A stretch of 64,000 bases of DNA from a virus, in the IMG/VR virus record IMGVR_UViG_3300027816_000056; one strand, given 5' to 3'. Below the pieces are notes generated by a model. That model was not told the origin of the DNA. It worked only from the letters and a program-made list of their open reading frames with translations, and searched no databases. Position numbers and translations under genes: made by a program. Shown here piece by piece: positions 44,701-55,330 of this stretch. Numbering within the stretch: position 1 is the first letter of the stretch; each line of letters starts with the position of its first letter.

Positions 44701-47073
44701 TTATTCTATACTAGGCCTCATTATACATCTAACATTAGTTGTCCAATCCCCATCTGTAGTAACATTATGTGTAATACTAATTATACTAAACACCGTATGT
44801 ACACGATATCGCAACGGTAATCCATCAAATGTTAAAACATCTCCATAACGCAATCCATTTATACCATCAATAGTAAATTCAACTTCAAATGGAAATAATG
44901 GAGCTGTAATTTGTTGTGATTTTGTTATATCATCAGTTGGAAATTTTATATAACTTTTTAAAGCTCGATTTAATGCACCAATAAATTCTGGTTCATTTGG
45001 TGATAAACTTAAGTTTTTTCTAGTCTCACTCAATGTTTTTAATACATTTTCATGATTATTTTTATATTTTGATATAGCTTTATTTATAGCAACTTCATCT
45101 TTAGAATTATACATAAAATTCATATATGGAGCAATCTGTTCTTCAGTAACTTCATTTCCACTGTTTAATACATAAGATAAATTTTTAACTGATTCTGGTA
45201 ATCGTGCTTTAAATTGAAATTCTCGAACTACGGTACCATTAGGATGATTTGCTAGCATTGGTACCGAATATGGTTCTACACGCGTAACTTGACCTGTTTT
45301 TGAAGTTTTAATATATTTAGTATCAGAAAAATACATTTTATTTAAAAAATCTGGATCTGTTCTTAATTTTAGATCTATAGAGTCTCCAGATGCATATGCA
45401 ATTCTTGCAGAAATTGTTGCTAAGAAATTTTTTAATGTAAAGTTTCTAGTATTTGTTGCAGATAAATCATTTAATACTTTTTGTATGAATTCTATATTAA
45501 TAAAAATTCTAGATGGATAAATAACAGGATCCGTATTATTTGTTGTTTGAGAGTGCACTCCTGGCCATGTAGATCCATCGACAGTTTTAATATCTCCATA
45601 ATATGCTAAATCACCATAATGATTCATTCCATTTTCTTGATTCGGATCTGCTGGCAAAAATAAAATTTCATTAGGAATGCATGATGTTAAATTAGGCAAA
45701 TAATTACTAAATGCAGTTAAATCATCACATAATATTCTAGGAAACTCAACCGATCCAGAAACTTTAGAAGTAATAAATTGATTCGTAAATGAAATTAATG
45801 AACCTAATGTTATATATCTATGATAAAATGATACATTAGTTTCTGATTGATCATTTTCTGAAATACGAGTTGCTAATTGCAATGATTGTGTTACTGCAGC
45901 TGATCCTGTTAATGATGATCTAGATGTTTTTTCTTGTTCTAAAAAATTTTTGATTGCTGCATCATTTAAATCTGGTCTATATGGTTGGCCGTATAATATA
46001 AAATGATCGGTTACTGCTTGTTCGCCGGCTAAATTTTCAAAACGTATAATTCCTGAACCTGCATTATCTGGATTAAACTTTGATATAGATGATTTTATTA
46101 TACTTTCTAAATCATTGAAAAATTCACTCTTTGGTGGTAAATCATCTTTTGTGTTAGATTGTTCTTGCAGTTTTTCTGTATTGTAATTAGGATTAATGCC
46201 AATATCTGTTTGTTGTTTTTTAACATCGGTTTGTTTTGTTGCAGGAGGCATAAACATTGATATATCTGTAAATACATTGCTAGTACCTGTTAAACTTATA
46301 GTAGCATCAATAGTTCCGGCGTCTGTATATGAAAAATCGAATGATGTTATTAAACCTTCAAAACGAAATTTATTCATTCGTCGTATTTCTTGCTTTAAAT
46401 CATCTAAATCCCATCCAGTATCTTTATAACGTTCTTGTAATGCTTTTTCATTAGGTAGTGATCCACTTGTTAATAAACCGTTTGTAGTTGTTTCTTGATT
46501 TATGTTATAATCATTTGCAGTAATAATAGCAGATCTTGGATGTTCTATTTCTATACTAACAAATCTACCAGGACGAAACCAAGTATCTTCAACATCTTCT
46601 AGATCTCGAAATACATTTGGTATAGATAAAGCAACAGTTGCTTTGTTTAGTAATCCCATTGAATGATCACCGATTGAAACATCTACTTGCGTAATATATG
46701 GTCCTGTTCTTCTAGAATCATCTATAAATTTTGTTGATTTTGGAGCTACTTTATTTTCTTTTGAATCGAATATAAATGATGTTTTTGTATATTCCGATGG
46801 AGTTAAAAATCCATCAATAAACCCAGATCCAGAAGCAGAACCATTAGGTAAAAATCTTCCTTGACGAGTTGTAGTTCCACCTAAAACAGAAAATGGTTCT
46901 TTTTTTGGAGTTTTACTAGAATTTCCAGTATATGCCGTAATTGTAACATTGGCTATCTTACCCAACATGAAATCTAATGCTGCATTACTACGATCGCCTT
47001 TACCCGCTTTACCTCGAGCATTTAATTCTTTTTGTAAATTTGCATCAACGTTTGAATAAAATATATTACTCAT
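44701..47073 (-). CDS. Baseplate hub protein (gp27/gpD/VgrG-like)
   Basis: C-terminal TIDGINGLRYGD..ISITHNV..WTT; follows a LysM-like gene. Confidence 0.6.
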   Translation of the reverse strand: MSNIFYSNVDANLQKELNARGKAGKGDRSNAALDFMLGKIANVTITAYTGNSSKTPKKEPFSVLGGTTTRQGRFLPNGSASGSGFIDGFLTPSEYTKTSFIFDSKENKVAPKSTKFIDDSRRTGPYITQVDVSIGDHSMGLLNKATVALSIPNVFRDLEDVEDTWFRPGRFVSIEIEHPRSAIITANDYNINQETTTNGLLTSGSLPNEKALQERYKDTGWDLDDLKQEIRRMNKFRFEGLITSFDFSYTDAGTIDATISLTGTSNVFTDISMFMPPATKQTDVKKQQTDIGINPNYNTEKLQEQSNTKDDLPPKSEFFNDLESIIKSSISKFNPDNAGSGIIRFENLAGEQAVTDHFILYGQPYRPDLNDAAIKNFLEQEKTSRSSLTGSAAVTQSLQLATRISENDQSETNVSFYHRYITLGSLISFTNQFITSKVSGSVEFPRILCDDLTAFSNYLPNLTSCIPNEILFLPADPNQENGMNHYGDLAYYGDIKTVDGSTWPGVHSQTTNNTDPVIYPSRIFINIEFIQKVLNDLSATNTRNFTLKNFLATISARIAYASGDSIDLKLRTDPDFLNKMYFSDTKYIKTSKTGQVTRVEPYSVPMLANHPNGTVVREFQFKARLPESVKNLSYVLNSGNEVTEEQIAPYMNFMYNSKDEVAINKAISKYKNNHENVLKTLSETRKNLSLSPNEPEFIGALNRALKSYIKFPTDDITKSQQITAPLFPFEVEFTIDGINGLRYGDVLTFDGLPLRYRVHTVFSIISITHNVTTDGDWTTNVRCIMRPSIE

Positions 47074-47366
47074 CTTCTAGAATTTATATTATTTAAAAAA
47101 TTATCTATATCATTTATAGTTGGAATTTGTAGTCTAGTATTTGGAGGTATTACTATTGTTCCTTTGCCAATACCATTTGCTTCAGCAATAATTGGCCAGG
47201 CTGTTGGATCTCCATAAAAACGTTGTGCTAATTTATCTAAACGTTCTGTACTAGTAGTTCTAATTAAAATAAAAGAACCATTATTTACGGGAGGTAATAT
47301 CGTTGTTTCTAATCGACGTTTTCCAGAGTCCGTTTTAATGATTTTAGTTGTTGAATATCGATTCAT
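47070..47366 (-). CDS. LysM-like baseplate protein (P2 gpX/T4 gp53-like)
   Basis: RLDKLAQRFYGD..W.IIAEAN..RLQIP. Confidence 0.8.
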   Translation of the reverse strand: MNRYSTTKIIKTDSGKRRLETTILPPVNNGSFILIRTTSTERLDKLAQRFYGDPTAWPIIAEANGIGKGTIVIPPNTRLQIPTINDIDNFLNNINSRR

Positions 47367-49036
47367 GATGTTACCTTTACTGTTCCTTTATCTCTATCTC
47401 GTTTGATCCAACTTTCATTCAATGAACCGGTTGCTGCAGAATTTCCTTTAAAATCGCTTAACCAGTTATCATCTCCCGTTTTGCTTTCACCTGTATTAGG
47501 ATCAAATCTTTTTGCCAATGTATAGAATTTACCATTATTTTGCGGAACTTCATTTCCAATGATATTAAATCCACATTTAACTTCAACACGATGTGGGACT
47601 TGCATGTTAGTAACATCGGCTTCAATATTAGTTTCCCATGTAGAATCTTGATCATGCAATGTATAAGTTAAATCAGTTAATACTACTGGTGTTTGTCGAA
47701 ATAAATCTCCAATTGTTATTCGCATCCATGGGCCGGCCATTGTTATATCAGAATTATAAATTGGAGCTGTATATCCTGCGAGTGCATTTAATTTTCTCCA
47801 TATAGGTTGCAGTTCATCTCGATCTGTTGCATACACAGTAAAATCTAAACTTAAAGATCGTTCAAAACCTTTGTATTGATAATTAGGGTCAGCTCGACCA
47901 ATCATGTTTTGTGCAGCCCATTGTGCATTAAATTGATCACTTAAACTAGAAATCGTAGCTCTGAATACAATAATATCATCAGTTGTATTTCGATCAATAT
48001 CTAGCTCACTTGTAGTTTCTCGAACATCTGGTTGATATAATCCAGGACGAAGTTTTGGTCCAGTAAAATAAAATTTAATAAAATCTTGTGTAAGTCCTAA
48101 TGGTCCAGGAATTGAATGCCAACGATATGCATTCTCCTCAGTTCTTTGACCAAAATCTATAACATTAACACGATCTCCTCGAAACGGAATTCCTAGATCC
48201 GGGAAGCGTTTTGTCTTTTCCCATATTTTTAGATCTTTGTTCCAACGTTTTGATACATGACTTTTCAAAGTAAAATCATTTCGTATAGCAGTTGTAGCAT
48301 CATGACTACCCCAACCATATCCAGTAGTACTAGCACCATCTAAATTAAATACAGCATACGCACCGCCTAACGGATTTGCACTAGCAGCTGCAAACAATCC
48401 GGTACGTGCATTTCCAGTTCTAGTAAATGCAGCAGCGCCATCTAATCTTAACAACGTTGCTGCTCCCGGATTTTCAATAACTCTGCGATTTCTAAAATCG
48501 GCATATTTTACTCCAGGAATAGGTTTAGTTTGATTGGCAGTTAATGTTGCGTATGTTGATGTCTGCGGTCCTATAAATGAATTTACTGCTTGTGAAAGTT
48601 GTGGTATTCCTACTAAACTAGCAACAGCACTGCCGGCTAAACTCAATGCACTTGCACCTATAGAACTTAAAGTAATATTTGATGCTTCTGGGGTCATTGC
48701 AGTCCATACTTTTCCGTTAGAACTATTTCTAATGAATGAAGATTTAAAAAATTCACTATTCCCATCATATACCGGCATTGCTCTGTCTGCAATTCTCGGT
48801 AAATCTTTAACGGTATTATATGGATTTCCAGTATAATATCCAGAAAATGCTGTATATGTAGAAATAAATTGTGGATTATTTCTAGTAGGATTGACGTATG
48901 TTCTAGGTGGACCTATAGGCGGATATGGAGCTTTGAATTGTGCGGTGTTTGCAGTAGGATTTGTATATATTACATCCGGTAATATATTAAATGGAGCCGT
49001 AAATTGTGATTGATTTCCTAATGTTGGATTACTCAT
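47363..49036 (-). CDS. Tail-tube initiator/baseplate protein (gp48/gp54-like) with N-terminal NPT..QF repeats
   Basis: C-terminal tube-fold pattern FRA.I..W..IGRADP.Y.Y..R.LSLDF..P.MRITIGD. Confidence 0.6.
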   Translation of the reverse strand: MSNPTLGNQSQFTAPFNILPDVIYTNPTANTAQFKAPYPPIGPPRTYVNPTRNNPQFISTYTAFSGYYTGNPYNTVKDLPRIADRAMPVYDGNSEFFKSSFIRNSSNGKVWTAMTPEASNITLSSIGASALSLAGSAVASLVGIPQLSQAVNSFIGPQTSTYATLTANQTKPIPGVKYADFRNRRVIENPGAATLLRLDGAAAFTRTGNARTGLFAAASANPLGGAYAVFNLDGASTTGYGWGSHDATTAIRNDFTLKSHVSKRWNKDLKIWEKTKRFPDLGIPFRGDRVNVIDFGQRTEENAYRWHSIPGPLGLTQDFIKFYFTGPKLRPGLYQPDVRETTSELDIDRNTTDDIIVFRATISSLSDQFNAQWAAQNMIGRADPNYQYKGFERSLSLDFTVYATDRDELQPIWRKLNALAGYTAPIYNSDITMAGPWMRITIGDLFRQTPVVLTDLTYTLHDQDSTWETNIEADVTNMQVPHRVEVKCGFNIIGNEVPQNNGKFYTLAKRFDPNTGESKTGDDNWLSDFKGNSAATGSLNESWIKRDRDKGTVKVTS

Positions 49037-49047
49037 ATTTTACTCCA

Positions 49048-50811
49048 TTATCCGTAATAAGGTGCATTCATTCCGCCACCAAATAAACGATCGTTTTGTT
49101 TTAATTGTGCTGTTTGATTGTTAATTGCAGCAACTATCATGTTTGCAAATGTTTGCATGTTTGTATTATTACCTCCAGTACCACCTAAGTTTGTGCCAGC
49201 AATAACCATATCATCATCACGTAAATTAATTTGATCAGGGCCCATTAAAATTGCTTTTGAAGACCCTGGTGGTATTACTACATCGCTACCATCTAATTGA
49301 TTAACTTGGTCTGATCCTGGGAGTCCTTTTCCGGTTCCGCCTTTTATTCCTGTTTTTGCATCAGATCCTGCTTTTAATACATTTTTTATTGTTTGCGCGG
49401 TGCCTACAGCATTAATCATTTCATCGGATATGCCTAAGTTTTTTAATAATTCTTTAGCGCCGCCTGTAATACCAGATTTAGTTGCAGAAATTATTTGTTG
49501 TTGATTTCCTAATACTGTAGCAAATAATGTTTCTTGTTCAACATCTAAAATTTGTTTTAATAAATCTTCTGTTGAACGAGTATCAGTTGCATTTTTAAGT
49601 GATTCAAAATCTGCTGGACTTAAAGCTCCAGCTTCTACTGCTGCAGCAGCTTGTTCTAATGCATTTGATCCATTTAAATCTATAGTAATACCAGAAGCTG
49701 CAGCTTTATCTAATATTTTTTTCTTCTGTAGGGCAGATGATAATGATTTTTCATCCATTCCTAATAATTCAGCCATCTGTTTACGAGCAAACAAATTGTT
49801 TTCTAAAGTTTCACCTTCCTGTTCTAAGATTTTATTCATTGCATCTGCTTGTGCATTCATATCACCACGCAATGCTGCCTCTCGGAACGTGTTAGTTAAA
49901 CTCTTACCAGAACTATCAACTAATCGACGACCACTTAGTAATTGATATTCTAATTCTTGTCCGATGCTAGTTTCAATCTGTAACATGTCACTAGATGCTT
50001 TAGCAATTTGTTCAATTGAAAGTCCGAATTTTTTTGCTTTAATTACAGCTGTTTCTAAATTTCCAGGAACCTTTCCATATTGTAATTGTATGTCTTCAGA
50101 TAATCCAGCTATTTCGGTAGTTATCATTGAAAAATAACCTAAATCTCCCGATTCATCACCAAATGCTTTTGCTACAGCTTGTGCTACTCGTAATGATGCA
50201 TCAGCACTTTCATTTTGTGAAGCTGCATATTGTGTATATGAATTTGCTTGTTCTTCAGATAATCCTAAATTAGTTCTTGTTATATCTTGAACTTTTTGTA
50301 AACTTGCATAAAATTCAGTATTAGTATTAGCTGTTTGATTAAACGTTGGTAGCATTTTTTTAATACCAACGGCATACTGCATACTTTGTTGACTAGTAAA
50401 TTTATAAGTAGATGCTACTTTTTGTAAATTTTCTGATAGTTTTGCTGCAGCTGCAGTTGTTATACCAAAACCTTTATTTAATTGTTTATTTCGATTTTCT
50501 AATGCTAATGCATCTTTTGTAGCCTCTGTATATGCATCGCCTAATGAACTTACACGTTTTGCAATTGTTTGTATACCAAGTGAGGTTGCAAATCCTTTAT
50601 TCAATTTATCAAAAGCAGAACCAAAATTATCAACAGCTGTTGTTAAAGTTTTAATTAAATCTAAAAAAGCTTTGCCACTGTCAGTTACTGTATTCCAATC
50701 GATATTTAACGGATTATTATATGGATTATCATTATTTGGAGTGTCTGCCATACCATGCCGAGCTTGTTGTTTTAAACGCAGAATTAAATCATATTGTGAG
50801 TTCTTTATCAT
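49048..50811 (-). CDS. Tape measure protein
   Basis: Ala/Gln/Leu-rich helical protein directly after the chaperone pair; ATATTTATA motif 4 nt upstream. Confidence 0.75.
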   Translation of the reverse strand: MIKNSQYDLILRLKQQARHGMADTPNNDNPYNNPLNIDWNTVTDSGKAFLDLIKTLTTAVDNFGSAFDKLNKGFATSLGIQTIAKRVSSLGDAYTEATKDALALENRNKQLNKGFGITTAAAAKLSENLQKVASTYKFTSQQSMQYAVGIKKMLPTFNQTANTNTEFYASLQKVQDITRTNLGLSEEQANSYTQYAASQNESADASLRVAQAVAKAFGDESGDLGYFSMITTEIAGLSEDIQLQYGKVPGNLETAVIKAKKFGLSIEQIAKASSDMLQIETSIGQELEYQLLSGRRLVDSSGKSLTNTFREAALRGDMNAQADAMNKILEQEGETLENNLFARKQMAELLGMDEKSLSSALQKKKILDKAAASGITIDLNGSNALEQAAAAVEAGALSPADFESLKNATDTRSTEDLLKQILDVEQETLFATVLGNQQQIISATKSGITGGAKELLKNLGISDEMINAVGTAQTIKNVLKAGSDAKTGIKGGTGKGLPGSDQVNQLDGSDVVIPPGSSKAILMGPDQINLRDDDMVIAGTNLGGTGGNNTNMQTFANMIVAAINNQTAQLKQNDRLFGGGMNAPYYG

Positions 50812-50823
50812 TTATTATAAATA

Positions 50824-51051
50824 TTAACGCCTGTTACTTTTGCGTTTTGCATTTTGTTGAGCTTGTAGAACAGATTCTGCATATTCTTCTCGTTCTTTTA
50901 AGATTTTATTTATGCGACGAGTCCAGTGCGTACGAATATGTACGGGCATATAATATATATCATTCCAATGCCATCGACCTTCACCGTGCCATAATAAATT
51001 AAAAAGATTGTCGTGCATGGCTACACGATCTTTTGGATTAAAACCAAAAAA
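50824..51051 (-). CDS. Tail assembly chaperone C-terminal extension (frameshift product, lambda gpGT analogue)
   Basis: FGFNPKDR..W.WNDIYYMPVHIR..; overlaps the end of the upstream ORF at a T6 run. Confidence 0.65.
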   Translation of the reverse strand, partial: FFGFNPKDRVAMHDNLFNLLWHGEGRWHWNDIYYMPVHIRTHWTRRINKILKEREEYAESVLQAQQNAKRKSNRR

Positions 51052-51793
51052 GTTGTGGTCCGATCGGAAACCCGGTAGTGAAGGTGCTCCCATCTTCACC
51101 TTCAATTTCAACTGTTAAATCTAAACCAGGTGTGTTATCCGAAACATATTTTCGAAAACGTTTTGAATCTAATGATAAAAATTCATAACGAATAAAATTT
51201 TCAATAACAGATTTATCACGAGAATCATTTACTTGTGTTATAATGTTTTTTAAATATCCAGATATAGTATCTTCTACAGAATCTTTTGTTGGATAATGAA
51301 ACCATATAGTGTGAGTATCTGTTTTAAATGAAAATTCTCCTGCTTCATTTGGTTGCAAAGAAAATGTCCTTGGTTTTAAAGTTTTTAAATCTACAGTTCT
51401 AGTAATATCATTGTTTGTTTTTGGATCTGTTACGACTACTTCATAATCTGAGCCATATGCTAATATTCTAGCATTGATAATTAATCCTAATTTGTCTACA
51501 ATAGATATTTCTGATACATTTACTGGAGGTAATATTACAGATTCTAACAATTTATCAAATACTACGCCGTTTTGTATGTAAGATGCATTAGTTAAAATAT
51601 CTTCATCATATGCAGTCATGTAACGCATTTCTACGGTGCCAGAACTTAAAATGGATGATTGCGGATATATTTTTCCTCCGCTTGATAATGGAACAATAAC
51701 CGAAGGCAATTTGCTTTTTTGTTCGGTTTCGTATTGTTTTCGTGCTAAATTAATAATGTTTTGATTGTCAACTCGATCTGTCAATTTACTCAT
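51038..51793 (-). CDS. Tail assembly chaperone/baseplate hub assembly protein (T4 gp26-like)
   Basis: VPLSSGGKIY, MRYMTAYDEDILT, ARILAYG.DY, ends ..LFWF; between tube and tape measure. Confidence 0.75.
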   Translation of the reverse strand: MSKLTDRVDNQNIINLARKQYETEQKSKLPSVIVPLSSGGKIYPQSSILSSGTVEMRYMTAYDEDILTNASYIQNGVVFDKLLESVILPPVNVSEISIVDKLGLIINARILAYGSDYEVVVTDPKTNNDITRTVDLKTLKPRTFSLQPNEAGEFSFKTDTHTIWFHYPTKDSVEDTISGYLKNIITQVNDSRDKSVIENFIRYEFLSLDSKRFRKYVSDNTPGLDLTVEIEGEDGSTFTTGFPIGPQLFWF

Positions 51794-51817
51794 TTGAATC
51801 CTTTATATAACCTTTAT

Positions 51818-51826
51818 TATAAATAT
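51818..51826 (-). promoter_or_regulatory. ATATTTATA late-type promoter motif
   Basis: Exact motif just downstream of a terminator. Confidence 0.65.
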
Positions 51827-51835
51827 CATGAACAT

Positions 51836-51862
51836 AAAAAATGGGAGTCATAAACTCCCATT
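51836..51862 (-). terminator. Intrinsic terminator after tail tube
   Basis: AATGGGAGT-TTATG-ACTCCCATT followed by a T tract. Confidence 0.85.
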
Positions 51863-51881
51863 CTAGTTACTAGTATTTTGA

Positions 51882-52406
51882 TTAGAAATTTAAGAATGCC
51901 CAATCGTAACGAAGAGTCATTGAAATTTCAACAGGGTCTTCAGCTGACCAATCTACATCTCCAAATTTAGCAGATTGAATATACGCACCATTCAAGATCC
52001 ACTCTTCAATAATTTCACCCAATGGAGAAAGTTGACGTAAACGAATTTCTTTTTTATAAAATGAAGAATAGCCATCTCTACCGGTTGCAGATTCATGATG
52101 CAAACGTACCCATTCCATTACTGCTTGTGCAGCCGATGGGACAATTGGATCATACAACGTAATATCTAAAGCATTCCATTTAGATTTTCCTTTAACGTAA
52201 CGCTGAACGTTGATATGATCTAAAGTTACTTCCCCATTATCTATTTCTGGTTTTGCAGAAGTTTTAATTAGATATGCAGGTATTCCCTGAATCACCATAA
52301 TAAACTGATGTTTTTTCTTGGGTTCCCATGAATACGCTTTATTAAAGAAATCAACTTCAGCTCCAAAGTCAGCTAGAGCCGGATTCACTTGATCTATTAA
52401 TGCCAT
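51882..52406 (-). CDS. Tail tube protein (T4 gp19-like)
   Basis: WEPK..F, ITLYDP, WILNGA, L.YDWA; downstream of sheath. Confidence 0.9.
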   Translation of the reverse strand: MALIDQVNPALADFGAEVDFFNKAYSWEPKKKHQFIMVIQGIPAYLIKTSAKPEIDNGEVTLDHINVQRYVKGKSKWNALDITLYDPIVPSAAQAVMEWVRLHHESATGRDGYSSFYKKEIRLRQLSPLGEIIEEWILNGAYIQSAKFGDVDWSAEDPVEISMTLRYDWAFLNF

Positions 52407-52427
52407 TTTATTCCTTTGTTATTTTCT

Positions 52428-52436
52428 TATAAATAT
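52428..52436 (-). promoter_or_regulatory. ATATTTATA late-type promoter motif (tail tube)
   Basis: Exact motif. Confidence 0.65.
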
Positions 52437-52446
52437 CAAGCAAAGT

Positions 52447-52475
52447 AAAAAAGGTAGAACCAAAGTCCTACCTTT
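52447..52475 (-). terminator. Intrinsic terminator after tail sheath
   Basis: AAAGGTAGGAC-TTTG-GTTCTACCTTT followed by a T tract. Confidence 0.85.
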
Positions 52476-52495
52476 CTTGTAAATCATTTTGATTT

Positions 52496-54958
52496 CTATT
52501 CTGGAAATGCTGCTCCCGTTGGTTGAATATTGAAATCTAGGATAATAAATTCTGCCGTACGAGTTGGCTGAAGGAATATTTGTCCGTAAAGAATGTTTTG
52601 ATCAATAATATCTGGTGTATTATTTGTTGCATCCATTACTACTCGAAACGCATATAAACCTTGCTGTGCACGTACTGATTCTAAATATGGATTAGCAATC
52701 TGAGCAAATCTATCACGAGTCTGTGTTGTATTTTGATCAAATACTAAATAACGAGTTGATGATGCAATAAACTTCTTAACCGCAATCAACAAACGACGCA
52801 CATTTACTCGGTCTAATGCACTTGGTCGAGCCTGTAAGGTCTTTTGACCCCAAATCACTACTCCATCGTTAGGGAAGTTCGCAATAGGATTAATGCGAGC
52901 TTCATACAATGTATTTCGATCTGCTTGTGATAAATTTTGATATGTATCAGATACTGTAGTCAATCCCCCTCTGTTCAAACCAGCTGGTGCATACCATGGA
53001 GCTGAAACTGCATCATTAAATGCTAATGCCCCTGGAACAACAACACTTGGTGGAACCCAAAGTGGAACATTGTTTGCAGGATTTGTAATTCTTACCCATG
53101 GCCAATATGTTGCCGTATAATTGTTATCCAAAGTAGTGATATCATTAACAACCGTAGAAATTGAATCTGTCAATGCATTAGAATCCATTACATAGAATGC
53201 ATCTTGACGATTAGTTACTAAATTTCTTGCAAGAGTTGTTACTGCACTATGTTTGCTTTGCAATATACCTGGAGTTATAAGCATATTGAAATCATAATAA
53301 TCTGTATTAGATAACAATGTAAATGCTTTATTATATGCTTTAGTACCAGTTGCAGTAGCCGTACTACAATCAAATCCAAATACATTAGTATTTGCTATAT
53401 TGGTTCCTGAATATTTTGGTAAGTTTGGACGAGATCCATCAAAACCACCTTGGAATGGAACAATGAATTTTCTTGTAGTGGTAGCTACATTGCTAGTAAA
53501 ATAGTTAGTACCAGTTGTTAAAGCAGTTTCTATAGATCCGGTATACGGTGCAGTTAATGAAGGGAATGCTGCCTGTGTATCTTGACTAACATTTCCTAGA
53601 TAGAAATCTGCATTGCTACCCGTTGTAGAACCTGATGATGGTGTTGGTGCTAAATAATTTAAATTAGTAGTATTTGTAAAATCAAATCCAAAATAGTTAT
53701 TTGCATTGTATATGTTAGATACTACTTGAGAAGTATTATATGCTGCAGCAGTTAAATTCAATGAACCAGAAACTAATGGAATTGGTGAACTAGGTGCACG
53801 GAATCCAAATGGAATCAATGTTTTTTCATTAGTTTTATTTGCAACACCATCTGTTACTTCTACACGAATGTATTTTGAAAGATTTGGATAATCGCCATTA
53901 ACAACAATATTTCCAGCATCAGTTACAGTTTGATAACGATTACCAATTCTACGTGCAATATAATTAGGAGAATCTGGATCTAAGTTACAATTTAAATATG
54001 TCTCAACAATATCAGGTGTTTGATCTGTATCTTGTGATGCATATGGTGAATTTGGAATATTTGCAGTATTAACTCGTCGTACTTCTACTGTAAATGTACC
54101 ATATCCATTTGGATCTGCAACTTCTGATGCAGTTCTTACATCTCGAATACCAACTTTAACTTCATGACTCACAGAAGTACCATGTGATAATGTATGAAAC
54201 TTAAATAAATTTTTAGTAACCGTACCAATTTTTTGTGAAGTAATCCACGGGGTTGCTGCAGTTGAATAATCAGTTAAGAAATAATAGTTATTCAATATTC
54301 CTAATTCAATAGTAACATCTCCTAAATTATTAAAGAGACTTGTAGCGCTAGAATTTTCATATTGAACATACACAGGATAATCTAAAGATTTTGGAGAATT
54401 ACCAAATATTTTAGTTACGTAGTTATTTTTAGTGGAATCAATTGATGCTGATATGCTAGAACCATTTCCAGATAAAAATGCACTGAATCCAGGTACCGTA
54501 GTAGTTCCGAATGATCCTGACAACGTTAATACAAAACTTCCAGAAGGACCATTTGTTATTGCGGATTGTTCAAATACATTGGTAGTTGAATCTACATATG
54601 ATACTGGTTGAGTTGGATGAAGTACGTGCGTTACTGCTTGTACTGATCCTGATTTTGCAATAACGGCCAATCCGCCGTTTCTTAATCCATATCCATCTTC
54701 ATATAAAAGACGTGTTACGGTAATTACATTTCCATTTCTCAAATATTCTTCAACTGTAAATGGTACATATGAATCTGAGGTATATGAACCAAATATTTGT
54801 TGAAATTCAGAGAAAGATGAAACTTTTGTTGGTATTAGTGCCGGTCCTTTTACAGTTGGACCTACAATTGCAGCACCAATTTGACCGATAGCTTGTGGTA
54901 AAAATGATTGATCTACTTCTCTCGTAAATACCCCGGCTGATACAATTCTTTCTGCCAT
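52496..54958 (-). CDS. Contractile tail sheath protein (T4 gp18-like)
   Basis: SAGVFTREVD, GPTVKGP, YWPW, PWYAPAG..RG, INPI, WGQKTL, RVNVRRL. Confidence 0.96.
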   Translation of the reverse strand: MAERIVSAGVFTREVDQSFLPQAIGQIGAAIVGPTVKGPALIPTKVSSFSEFQQIFGSYTSDSYVPFTVEEYLRNGNVITVTRLLYEDGYGLRNGGLAVIAKSGSVQAVTHVLHPTQPVSYVDSTTNVFEQSAITNGPSGSFVLTLSGSFGTTTVPGFSAFLSGNGSSISASIDSTKNNYVTKIFGNSPKSLDYPVYVQYENSSATSLFNNLGDVTIELGILNNYYFLTDYSTAATPWITSQKIGTVTKNLFKFHTLSHGTSVSHEVKVGIRDVRTASEVADPNGYGTFTVEVRRVNTANIPNSPYASQDTDQTPDIVETYLNCNLDPDSPNYIARRIGNRYQTVTDAGNIVVNGDYPNLSKYIRVEVTDGVANKTNEKTLIPFGFRAPSSPIPLVSGSLNLTAAAYNTSQVVSNIYNANNYFGFDFTNTTNLNYLAPTPSSGSTTGSNADFYLGNVSQDTQAAFPSLTAPYTGSIETALTTGTNYFTSNVATTTRKFIVPFQGGFDGSRPNLPKYSGTNIANTNVFGFDCSTATATGTKAYNKAFTLLSNTDYYDFNMLITPGILQSKHSAVTTLARNLVTNRQDAFYVMDSNALTDSISTVVNDITTLDNNYTATYWPWVRITNPANNVPLWVPPSVVVPGALAFNDAVSAPWYAPAGLNRGGLTTVSDTYQNLSQADRNTLYEARINPIANFPNDGVVIWGQKTLQARPSALDRVNVRRLLIAVKKFIASSTRYLVFDQNTTQTRDRFAQIANPYLESVRAQQGLYAFRVVMDATNNTPDIIDQNILYGQIFLQPTRTAEFIILDFNIQPTGAAFPE

Positions 54959-54983
54959 TAAATTACTCCTTTGATTTGTTTAG

Positions 54984-54992
54984 TATAAATAT
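54984..54992 (-). promoter_or_regulatory. ATATTTATA late-type promoter motif (tail sheath)
   Basis: Exact motif; AAGGAG RBS downstream. Confidence 0.65.
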
Positions 54993-55010
54993 ATAAAACG
55001 ATGTGCTGAC

Positions 55011-55280
55011 CTACACACTAGGAGTAAATGTTCCAGAAGATATATCAATTTGTCCGTCGCCGTATCGTTCTTTAAGTGTTTCAATTAATTGAGACTCTTC
55101 TTCTCGAAGTCGATCAAATTGCGACATCAATTCATCATAACGTGCTTCTATTTGTTCGCGTTGGCGTTCAATAAGTTTCAATTCAATTGATACATTACCT
55201 AACCATCCGGCGTTTTCTGCAAAGCGTGTTCGCAGATCTTGTATTGCATCTAAGTGTTCTTTGTCTAGTTTTCTTGTCAT
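55011..55280 (-). CDS. Small coiled-coil hypothetical protein
   Basis: 89 aa ending L.ERYGDG.ID..G.F; preceded by TTGGTT-N17-TATTAT promoter at 55299-55327. Confidence 0.75.
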   Translation of the reverse strand: MTRKLDKEHLDAIQDLRTRFAENAGWLGNVSIELKLIERQREQIEARYDELMSQFDRLREEESQLIETLKERYGDGQIDISSGTFTPSV

Positions 55281-55330
55281 ACGTAACCTTTTCTTGATAT
55301 AATAAGAAATGTTTTGTTAAGAACCAAATA

